Assembly: GCA_023231475.1 (NCBI GenBank)
Contig: JALJEE010000343.1
Location: 1-64,000, forward strand
Origin: Seison nebaliae
Taxonomy: Eukaryota
DNA: 64,000 bases
Direction of reading: 5' to 3'
The position numbers and the translations under genes were made by a program. This document shows positions 12,885-24,062 of this stretch, one piece after another (positions within the stretch are counted from its first letter, which is position 1; the number at the start of each line of letters is the position of its first letter). The notes under the pieces were generated by a model. That model had not been told where the DNA came from and ran no database searches. It was given only the letters and a program-made list of their open reading frames with translations.

Positions 12885-15297
12885 ATGAATTTGCAAATTC
12901 TCCCTTGTTTTAAGGATCGGAAATTACTCCGGGAGCAATACTGTCGAGATTGCTCCCTCAAATGGGGTAGTACCGAAGAAGATGAATATTCGTGTCGCTT
13001 CCAATTCTTCCGCATCTGCTTCATCGCCAAGAAAGATAAGAAACGACATTTCTTTTTTCGAACAGCCAAACAAATTCCAGAAAACATTTATTCCAATTTA
13101 ATTAAAGAAAATTTCGCAAGTCCATCAATCTCTTTAGCGCGACAACGTTCATTGGAAGAGAATTTTTATATTTTAATAATGATTAAAGATTTCTTCTATT
13201 CACTCGTTATGAATGAATTTCGAGTTTCTTCCTTCACTTACGATGGTTCTCTTGTTAACGAACTGGATACAAATCAAAAAATGTTCACAGAACATTTATT
13301 GGAATTGAGAACAGAAGATGATTCGAATTATATTCGAAAGAAAATGAGTTTAATTCGCGAAGTTCTACAAACTAATTTAGCCGTCACTTCCTCTTATTGG
13401 AAAGGTAATCATTCGTCTGATATTCGTGAATTATGTGACGTTTGTTGTTCCTCCATTTTCAATCTTCATTTCTTTTGTGGTAATTGTGGCTTGGCCGTTT
13501 GTTGTCAATGTTATGAAATGAAATTAAAATTTAATCGATGGCCAGGCACATTAGGAAGTGGAGTTGATACTTATAATTGGCCTTATTGTATTTTGACACA
13601 ACTCTCACATGACGTTAATGATGTTCATCGAACTTTTCTTTTCTCGCCAATGGAAATGATTCTACTTCTCAAAAATCTTCAATCTATTTTACCTCAATTG
13701 AAAGTTGAAAATTTTTCCTCTAACAAATTAACGTTAGTCAATGACGAATTGTTACCTAGTTCCTGGATATATCTTCCACAATTTCAACTTTTATCTTCTG
13801 ATAATAATTACATCGAAAATTCTTATCATAACGACAGAATTGAACGAATCTCAAAATTAATCAATTCCGTCACTCATATCAGTGACGATATCAGTTATTG
13901 GAATGGGAAGAATGTTCTAATTTACAAGAATGCAAAATCTGCTTTTCCTCAATCATTTAACGATCCGAATTATAAATTATTCCGGTCACATTGGTCGAAC
14001 GGTTTGCCCATCATCGTTCGAGAGTTGAATGATTCCAATAAATTTATCGATCTCTCACTTTGGTCAAGTGATCATTTGAAGAAGAAAGTTCGAAGACGAA
14101 AAGTTCCCTTAATCGATTGTTCGCAGGCCGAACATCATGTGGTGATTAAATCAACCGATTTCTTCTGGAATCATTTCAATTCGTACGGAAATTTCTTCGA
14201 TGTGAAAAAACCAATTTATAAACTCAAAGATTGGCCGACTAGTGATGATATTCTGAATTATTTGCCGGAAAATGTTCATAATTTCTTTCAATATTCTCCG
14301 TTCGCTGATTATTCGTCACGATTCGGAAATTTGAATCTTATTCGTTCGTTGGACGAAGATGATGTGGACGAATTAGATAAAGAAATGCAAAAAGAAATAT
14401 CTCGAACATTTAGAGTGGATTTGGGACCGAAATTATATGTGGCAACTTCATCTTTTTTCCAATGGAATAATGGTTCCACTGTTCTCCATTTAGATGTGTC
14501 TGATGCATGCAATGTCATGTTGAGTGTAAAAAGAGCACCGCCATTCATCCATAAACATCTCGTCGCTTATTCACTTCAATGTATAAAGAATGATTTAGAA
14601 CAATTGAAAAGTTTGAGGAAAAATTTGAGAAATATTGGTGCTCTTTGGCATATTTTCAAACCGAAAGACGCTCACAGAATTCGTCATTATCTCATAAGAC
14701 AAAAATTGAAATATGAACAATTGTTGAAAAGGAAAGGACAGAAACGAAATTCAACTAAACGAAAATGTCTAATAAACTTACAAGAAAGTGAACGGATTTC
14801 TCTTGATAATTTCCCGGAAGATTGGCAAAAACAATTATTGTTGACGAAACATCAACCAGGTGATGATCCGATTCATGATCAAAATATTTATTTAAATGAT
14901 ACTATGCTCATGGAATTGGAGAGAGATTATCATGTTCATGCTATCCCAATTATTCAATGTGTTGGTGATGCAATTTTTATTCCAGCAGGTGCTCCTCATC
15001 AAGTGAAGAATTTGGTTAATTGTGTGAAAGTGGCTGAAGATTTTCTCTCTTGTGAATTATTAGGGAATTGTTTGAAATTATCTCAAGAATTCCGATTCCT
15101 TTCATCTAACCATTTGAATCATCTCGATAAAATGGAAGTTAATTTTTTCTTATTAATTTTCATCATCTTTTCCTTTTTAGTTATTCTCATCGATTTATAA
15201 GAGTGTCAAATCATCCGTTTCGTCAATAATGAGAAATAATGGAAGGAAAGAAAACAACAATAATAAGAAAGAATCATTAAATATGTCAAAAGAATAA
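12885..15297 (+). CDS. KDM3: KDM3/JMJD1-family JmjC histone demethylase
   Basis: Zinc finger ELCDVC..IFNLHFFCGNCGLAVCCQCY; LKDWP; DLGPKLY; HLDVSDA (HxD); GALWHIF; DPIHDQ; FIPAGAPHQV. Final intron 15138-15180; last exon LFSSIYKSVK... ends at 15297. Confidence 0.92.
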
Positions 15298-15379
15298 TTT
15301 TATGATTCGATTCGATAATTTGCTGGAGTATTTTTCATTTTCTCCCATCAACATTTAGTTCGATAGTTTAACTTGTATA

Positions 15380-15679
15380 TTATCCATTTTCCCTCATGGT
15401 GATTTGAGCGAATGATAAGACAATGAGAGAAATTAATTGAATTATAATTGATAGAAATTTTTTCATGAAATAAAATTGTTTTTTTTTTATCTTAACTTCT
15501 TTCTCCATTTTCTCTATCAATTGAGACATGAATAGAATTCGTCTCGACAATTTCAGTCGTTCGATGACATGTGAAATGTCAACATCCGTATTCTCAATTT
15601 CTTTACAATAGGAAAATTCTGAGGAAATTTTTGACGAATTGTCAATACTACTATCTGTTATTGGCATCAATCTCATCAT
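15380..15679 (-). CDS. Small hypothetical protein with a C-terminal hydrophobic segment
   Basis: 99-aa ATG-initiated ORF filling most of the gap between KDM3 and Tdc; no recognisable family. Confidence 0.3.
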   Translation of the reverse strand: MMRLMPITDSSIDNSSKISSEFSYCKEIENTDVDISHVIERLKLSRRILFMSQLIEKMEKEVKIKKKQFYFMKKFLSIIIQLISLIVLSFAQITMRENG

Positions 15680-15813
15680 TTAATATTGAGAAGATAATTA
15701 GAAAATGATGAAACTCATCAAATGAGCGATAAGAGAAATTCTTTATTCATTACATATTTCATTCACTTCTCATTCGATTCATATTCTAAATAAAATATTT
15801 TACGGTTTTTCTA

Positions 15814-18567
15814 ATGCCAATTCTATTAAATTCTCCTATTCATGAACGTTCCAATGAGGATGAGGATGATGAGAAATATTCGAAAGATAGCGGTCAAGAA
15901 TCGAATGAATGGCGAGTTGGTCGTACTGATTTTGGTGCTTATGGTTCTATGGATTCACAAGAATTCCGTCGTCGTGGAAAAGAAATGATTGATTTCATCG
16001 CTGACTATTTGAGAGATATCGGGTTTAATTTCACTTTTATTGAAATGATAATGAAATATTGAATGAAATAAAGTGAACGACGAGTTTTACCTGATGTGGA
16101 ACCGGGTTATATGAAAGAGATGATGCCATTGACAGCACCATTTCATTCTGAACCATGGGATAATGTATTGAAAGATATTAACAACATAATCATGCCAGGA
16201 GTTGATTTTTATTTAAATTTAATTATAATTATTATTATTTTTTCCTTTTAGTTAACACATTGGCAACATCCACGATTCCATGCTTATTTTCCAGCAGGTA
16301 ACACATTTCCTTCAATTTTGGGAGATTTGTTACAAGCAGGCTTAGGTGTCAATGGATTCTCTTGGGCGAGTAGTCCAGCTATTACTGAATTAGAAACGAT
16401 AATGATGCAATGGCTCGGTAGTGCTATCGGATTACCATCAAGTTTTTTACCGTTCCCAAAAAATGAACGTCATCGTACAATGAGACCAAAAGATTCTCAA
16501 TCATCTCTTGCTTCATTATTGAATGAGACTGACACAGAATCGAGTGTATCAACTGATTCGGAATCTGTGAACAATTCTTCATTATCATCATCTTGTTTCG
16601 AAAAAGATGATATATTGAAGAAAAAGAATGAAACATTTATAGAGAATAAGCAAACGATGAAAGAAGATGTGAACAATAAGAGAAACTCAAAAAATAATCA
16701 TGGAGGTGGTGGTGGTGTAATTTTAGGATCAGCGAGTGAATGTATTCTCATCGCAATGATCACCGCACGACATAATCTTCTATTAGATATGGCATCACGT
16801 GTGGAGAATGATGAGAAGTATCTGCAAAGATTACAGAGAAATAGTCGTCGATGTCAAACACCGTCATCTTTACCACCAATGTCTGATGATATTATTAAGA
16901 AGAAAATCAATCCAGTTGTATCGGAATTAGTCGAACAGAAATTGTCTTCGTTAGTCGCTTATACATCGTTATATGCACATTCGTGCGTAGAAAAAGCGGC
17001 AATGATTTGTCGAGTGAAAATTAGACAATTAAATGTAGGTCTTGATTATAGTTTGGATGGGCAGACGTTGAGGAAACAAATTCAATTAGATCGTCGGAAT
17101 GGAATGATACCATTCTTCATCAGTGCTACTTTGGGTACCACTACGTGTTGTTCGTTCGACGATTTAATTTCCATTGGAGAAGTTAGTGAGAATGAACGTC
17201 TTTGGTTACACGTAGATGCAGCATATGCTGGTTCGGCTTTTATTTGTCCCGAATATCGTTATCTAATGAGGGGAATTGAAAGAGCACAATCATTCAACAT
17301 GAATCCGAACAAGTGGCTACTTTGTAATTTCGATATATCTTGTATTTGGGTGAGGAATCATTACTCGTTGACATCCGCATTGTCTGTAGATCCGATTTAT
17401 TTACGTCACGAACAAACACATAAAGTAATCGATCTCCGACATTGGGGAATTGCTCTATCTCGCCGATTTCGTTCATTAAAATTATGGTTCGTATTTCGAA
17501 CTTACGGAATAAATGGATTACGTCGCTACATTCGAGAACATGTGAGATTAGCTCGACTCTTCGCACAACAGTTGAGGAAAGATCAACGATTTTATATCGT
17601 TGCACCTGTAAAATTAGGTTTAGTCTGTTTCCGTTTCCATGACAACAATGAGAAATCTCAACAATTATTATTTCGATTGAATGACTCGGCATTACTTCAT
17701 ATGATACCAGCAATGATAGATGATGGGAAATATATGATTCGTTTTTGTGTATGTGCTCCAAATGCTGTCGATAGTGATATCGATTTTGCAGTGAATGTTA
17801 TTCGACAAATTGGCGATCAATTAGATGCTGAAGATCGAATGATGATTGATGAGAAATTGAAATTTAATAATAATTTAAATGAATCAAAAAAACAACAACA
17901 ACAACAACAACAACATCAAGAGGAGGAGGTTGGATATAAGAAGAGAACGATAACGAATAGTAATAGAAAGAAAGGATATCTTGTTCGAATGATTAGTGAT
18001 CCGAAATATCCAAATGAGAATTATAATCGTTCGACTGACAATACAATCGATGAGAATGAGCAATTGGAAGATGGTCAGATGACAAACCAAACGGAGAATG
18101 TTAATCGAAGATTTAAATCATTCTCCTTCAATCATCGAAAGAAGAATGGTTACACATGTAGTCATTGTCAAAAGAAGTTCGATATTCGAAAAAAATTCGA
18201 TATTAAATCAAACGAGACAAATCAACAAGAATTGAAACAATCGTCACAATATATGATTTTAAAAGATGAAAAACCACCATATGAAAGATTAATATCATCT
18301 CCAACTACTACATCCTTCACAACAACAACAACGATAACAAATCAATCAAATATTATTGATTCAAATCCATCAATTCCACCAACTACTCATCCCTTATCTT
18401 CTGTTCATGTGTCGCCCATGGTAACAACGACAACAATTTCTAATTCATCAATTACTCCTACCAATAATGCGACAGGACAAAATGTGAATTTAAATAAGAG
18501 TAAAAAGAAGAGTAAGAAGGGAAGTTATCTTTCGAGAAAAACGTCGATCATTATGTCAAATGAATAA
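15814..18567 (+). CDS. Tdc: PLP-dependent aromatic amino acid decarboxylase, tyrosine-decarboxylase type
   Basis: MDSQEFRRRGKEMIDFIADY, THWQHPRFHAYFPAG, WLHVDAAYAG, NMNPNKW (the NPNK PLP-lysine variant typical of Tdc rather than the NPHK of DDC), RHWGIALSRRFRSLKLWFV. Introns 16023-16073 and 16201-16251. Confidence 0.88.
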
Positions 18568-18661
18568 TATTTTTCATTTCAAACAATTTTATTCGTTAAA
18601 ATTTTTCGAATAATTTTTCATTTTCAAATTAATTATCTCAATAGTATTTCAAAGAAATCAT

Positions 18662-20222
18662 TTACATTTCTTCCAACTGTTTCTTCAACTCTAACAAACT
18701 CATTTCATTTTCTTCATTCACTTTCGGTTCGTCAATTGTGTTTTCTTCTTTCGTCATTCGATTATCATCGTTATTTGTCCCCAAATCATATTTCAGATAG
18801 ATGCCATCAGCAATTTGATTAGTTTCCGTTTTATCTTTCGTTGACTCGTCTACCAATTCGATATGATATTCATTCGTTTCATGAATAATGGTATCATTTC
18901 CATTATCTCCATTATTTCCATTATCATCATCTTTCTTCATTTCATTTATTCGATTAAACTTCTCTTTCTGTCTCTCTCGGCAATGACTATTTGGACATTC
19001 TTTATTTGGTAATAGAACCATTTCTGGAAAGAAATCCTTCAATCCATTATAGCCAATGTAGCCTCTTTTCATCTCCAATTTCATTAGATATTTCATTGCC
19101 GCTTGTACCAACAATCCTGCGACAATTCCGATCGTAGTCGGTAATGAAGCAGCACAAACACCTTCTCGTTTCAAACTTTTTTCATCTTCATTTGCTGCCA
19201 CAATTAATGGTGGACTACATTCGAAACATGCAGTAATTCCAACCTCCATAAATTGGATATGACCATTCATCGCATTTTCACTCACACCTGATTCCAACCA
19301 TATTATATCACATTCGTTACAAGCCTGAAAGATATCGATTATTTAATCAATATTAATAATCATAAGAACTTGATTGATTGAGATTCTTGCTTCAAAATTA
19401 TCGACACATCCAAGTACCAGATCGATTTCTGATTTTCCATCTTTACCTCCAATCCTATCCAATTCTCTCAATTAGTCTCTATAAAATAATTAAATAAAAA
19501 TTTAACTTTAAATCAGTAAGTAATTGATTGAAATCTGTAATATTCGTTACATTGATATGTCGTCCAATTAATTCGACATCGGGATTCACTGTACTATAAA
19601 ACATGTTCATAAAAATTCCAATTTATCAGAAGAAAAACACAAATTTAACTTCAATGTTTGAATAGCAGCGTCCACTTTACTCATTCCGATTTGAGAGGGA
19701 ATAAAGAACATTCGATTCATATTAGCCATTTCCACTTTATCATAATCATATAATATCAACTGAATTAATAAATTAAATAAATTAGTTTATAATTCATCTT
19801 CTTAAATTCTCCAACTTTTCCAATTCCACATCGAGTTAACATTTCAGCGGCAACACTGCCGACTCCTCCCACTCCGACGATGAGAACGGAATAATTTCTG
19901 ATATTCTTTTTCATCATCAATTATAATGTTCGATTGAAAAATAAAGGAAACTTGATAATTTTTTACAATGCCCATTCGCTCCAATGCTACTAGTCGACTG
20001 TAGAGAATGAAGAAATGTAAATGATTTGACGGAGAAGTGGAACCTGTAAGGATTACTATCGATCACTTCACCGGTAATATCCATTTTGTTTCTCTTCGGT
20101 TTCTCTTCATTCTTCTTCTGAATACATTTATTTTTGATGTTCTGTACAGTTTGTTCGATTTTCCCGATCTCATTCTCCAACGGTTTGAAAATTGCATCAC
20201 ATTGATCTTTCATTGATGTCAT
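18662..20222 (-). CDS. UBA5: UFM1-activating enzyme UBA5 (7 exons)
   Basis: [78 protein letters not shown]. Introns 19998-20043, 19906-19951, 19760-19815, 19594-19649, 19455-19506, 19325-19369. Confidence 0.95.
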
Positions 20223-20452
20223 TTCCTCTCAATTGTGATGACACGACGACATAAATAATTTAAGTCCAGAGAAAAATTACCCGGAATGGAATTGAAATTC
20301 AACAAAAAATTGTCTAATAAAACATATTTCTCGACAATACTTCAATTTTAAGTCATTTGGAAAGATTACACAATTTGAATCATCCAACAACAACAGTGAG
20401 AAATAACTTATTTATATTATTGGATAATTTATTTGTACAGTGGAATCTCCTG

Positions 20453-20867
20453 ATGGATTTATCCTTAAGCAAGACGAAATTTATCGCTCTAATTAGTGAC
20501 GAAGTTGATCTTATTGAATTGTTATTGAAAAAATGTAAAATGATTTTTTAAGGATTCAGTTACAGGATTTTTATTGGGCGGAATAGGAAATTTAAGTAGA
20601 GATGGTTCCACCAATTTTTTAGTCGTTAATTCAACAACGACGAATAAAGAAATCGAAGAGAAATTTTGTTCGTTTCTCAATCGGAAAGACATCGCAATTA
20701 TTCTCATCACACAATCAATCGCTGAACGGATTCGTGTTCTAGTCGATAATCATACGGATCCAATTCCAGCCATTTTAGAAATTCCATCAAAAGAGGCACC
20801 TTATGACCCTCAAAAGGATTCTATACTTCGACGTGCACAAACCATTTTTGGTAGTGATGGAATTTAA
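20453..20867 (+). CDS. ATP6V1F: V-type ATPase subunit F
   Basis: IALISDE|DSVTGFLLGGIG...RKDIAIILITQ...PAILEIPSKEAPYDPQKDSILRRA. Intron 20504-20552. Confidence 0.95.
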
Positions 20868-21015
20868 GAAGAAATTAACTTCGAAAGATCATAAATAATG
20901 CATTTCACTTTCCATCAATTTGATTAATTTTTTTTTAAATAAATGAAAATAAACAAAATTTTATTTATTCTTTTCTTAGAAACAAAGAAGTTAATATGTT
21001 CAATTATTTTATATT

Positions 21016-21536
21016 TTATCTGCAAATGAAAAATTATTATTAAGAATAAAATGAGAATACTAAACTGAACACTTGGTGCGTGTGAGGCAATTCTGGGCCA
21101 TAGATTAGCACATTCTTTCGCCACCGGTCCAGTGATGGCGGAACCTTTCATTTCTCCTTTGTTATTCACTATCACACCAGCATTATCTTCAAAATAAATG
21201 ATGGAGCCATCCTTCCTCCTCAGAGGACGTCGTTGTCTTATAACCACAGCTGGATGAATCTTTTTTCTTAATTCTGGTTTTCCTTTTTTTACCGATGCCA
21301 CCACCATATCACCAACACAAGCGGCTGGTAATCGATTTAATCTGGCTCCCCATCCATGAACGGCGATGATATACAAATTTTTCGCTCCCGTATTGTCCGC
21401 ACAATTGATGATAGCGGCAACGGGTAAACCGAGAGAAATTCGGAATTTGGCTCCTCCTGCTCCTCCTCGTCCTATCCATCCAATAAAAAGTTATTAATAA
21501 ATGGAAGTATAAAAAAGATACAAAACTTTTAGACAT
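21016..21536 (-). CDS. RPL23: 60S ribosomal protein L23 (uL14), 139 aa
   Basis: [20 protein letters not shown]...[12 protein letters not shown]...[10 protein letters not shown]...[29 protein letters not shown]. Introns 21472-21526 and 21020-21065; the last coding exon is A+TAA. Confidence 0.96.
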
Positions 21537-21749
21537 ATTTATATTTTGAAGATTTGAATTAGACCAAAAACTGCTGTTGGTGTTTGGATGTTTATTTGAA
21601 TTTGAATTTCTCTCTTTTAATATATTTTCTTTTTATTCTTTCTTACGAATGGACAATTCTTTCCATCTCAAATATATTTGACGTTATTCGAATGTTTAGC
21701 TAACATTGTAAGTCTAATGAATTGTCAGTAAAAATTGAGTTGGATATAA

Positions 21750-23965
21750 ATGGAATCGTTAATGTTTGATGTGTTGGAGAATGTTTTTGGACATAAGCAT
21801 TTCAAAAGTGATGCACAAAAAAGAGCATGTTCTTGTATGTTGTCGAGTAGTGAAAAACAAAAAAATCGGAACGACATTTATGTTTGTCTTCCAACCGGTT
21901 CTGGCAAATCATTATGTTATCAATTACCTGGAATAATTTTGCCAGGTGTTTGTCTCGTCATCTCACCATTAATTGCTCTCATCGAAGATCAAGTGAATAA
22001 ATTGAGAGAAATAGATATTCCTGTAGAAATCATCAATTCGAAAACGACGACGATTGATCGTAAGAGAATTGTTGATGATTTGAAAGTGAATTCATTAAAG
22101 AGAAGCACATCAATTACAGATTATATTGAAGTGAAAGAGACGAAGACAATTGGGAAGGAAAGAAAAGAATTTTTGAAAAAATTACGCAAATCAGACAAGA
22201 AACAATATCCAACAACTAAATTTCTATTCATCACACCAGAAATGGCTTCCACTCCAAATTTCAAAGAGATTTATAAACATCTTTTACAAACCAAAAATTT
22301 ATCATTTATTGTTGTGGATGAGGCTCATTGTGTATCGGAATGGGGTCATGATTTCCGTCCTGATTATCTCAAATTATCCACATTCCACAAATCCAATACC
22401 ATTTTAATGGCACTCACTGCAACTGCGACAACTACCGTCCGAGATGATATTAAAAAACAATTGAAATTGAAGAATTGTGAAGAATTCGCATTATCTTCGT
22501 TTAGAAGTAATTTATATTATGAAGTGAAATATAAAGAGAATTTAGAGGAACCATTAGATAATTTGAAAGAGATTATAATTAAACATTTACTCGTCAATGA
22601 CGAAACGACAAAGAAGAATAGTTGTATTGTTTATGCGAGAAAGAAAGATGATTGTAATATGATTGCGAATGAATTGAAAAATAAATTTTTAACAGATAAA
22701 TTATTGAAACATGTTCAAGTTGCTTCTTATCATTCGTCTCATAAACTCAGTGAACGAAGTCGTATTTTGAAGGAATGGATGTCAAACGATATACAAGTGG
22801 TCGTAGCAACGATCAGTTTCGGAATGGGAGTTGATAAACCAAATGTACGTTGTGTAATTCATTGGAATATTCCAAAAAATATTTCATCTTATTATCAGGA
22901 ATCTGGAAGAGCTGGTAGAGATGGTCGTAAAAGTTCTTGTATTTTATTTTATTCGAAAAACGATCGGAATTCTATGGAATTCTTATTAGAAAGAGAAGCG
23001 AAAGGAAAACGAGTAGCAGAAGAAAAGAAAAGGAAACGATCAGCCAATGGGAAACGTGTCGGTCTCAATTGGAGTGATGAAGATGAGAAGAAACTTCGCA
23101 ATTCCATCAATTCTTTCAATCAGTTATGTTTGAAATTTGGTGAAGATGTGAGAATTTGTCGACATGTCGTCTTCCAACAATATTTTGATGAAAAGACAAT
23201 TGTGACATGCCAGAAATGTTGCGACATTTGTCTAAATTCAAAATTAGTAAAAAAGAAATTCGATTCATTCAAATTAATTTCACATCAATCCAAATTTCAT
23301 AAAAGTAAATTTATTAATGGGAAATCGAATAAATATGATGGGGAAACGGCGACCGATTCTGTCGATTATGATGATCATATCGATTATTCGGATCAAGTCA
23401 ATCAAGAAGAAAGTCGAAAAGTTTTCAAATCAAATTTGGAAGTTGCTGTGAAACATTTGAAACGAACGAGAACGAGAAACGATTTGGAAAGTTCGGTTAA
23501 GGAGAGTGAATTGATCCGAGTGAATGATCTCATTCAACCACCACGTCTAATTAAAGGTTTGGCTGATAAATATCGTACGGCAACAGCTGATTTGTTATAT
23601 CAGACTTTATTAGAGTCAGGTAATGTTCAATTATGTCATAATATATCATCTATTCTACCTGCATTTTGTGAGAGGGAGAAAAGTCTAGTCTATTGTTCTC
23701 GATTAGTTGAAGGAGAATTGTGTAGGAAATCGACTTCCCTCCAATCCTATCGACATCTCTATCAACAGCTGTTGATGAATGTTAAACGGAAAAAAGATTT
23801 TTCTCAAATTTTCCATATACTCAATGAGAAGAAGGATTTATTAAATGGAATGGTTGGGAGTTCAATTGTCAAAACGAACCATCTTCAAGAAAAGAAAAGA
23901 AGAAAGAATAATCCAAAATCAACATCGCATAATGTTATGAGTTCTAACTGCTCATCATCATCATT

Positions 23966-24000
<35 letters not shown>

Positions 24001-24062
24001 GTTCATCATCATCTAGTTCTTCTTCCAGCTCTTCTAGTTCTTCATCGTCTGAATCTGATTGA
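21750..24062 (+). CDS. RECQL5: RecQ helicase, RECQL5-like, intronless, with a poly-Ser tail
   Basis: PTGSGKSLCYQLP, VVDEAHCVSEWGHDFRPDYLKL, ALTATA, VVATISFGMGVDK, YYQESGRAGRDG and the Zn-binding CRH...CQKCCDIC. Confidence 0.85.
23952..24050 (+). repeat. (TCA)n / Ser-codon microsatellite inside the RecQ CDS
   Basis: A visible tcatcatca run encoding about 30 Ser. Confidence 0.9.

Noticed and set aside
20924..21065. Apparent hydrophobic C-terminal extension on RPL23
   Set aside because: Read-through of intron 21020-21065; splicing gives a normal 139-aa protein. The similar F/I/L-rich ORF tails of KDM3, RPL7A and others are also intron read-through.
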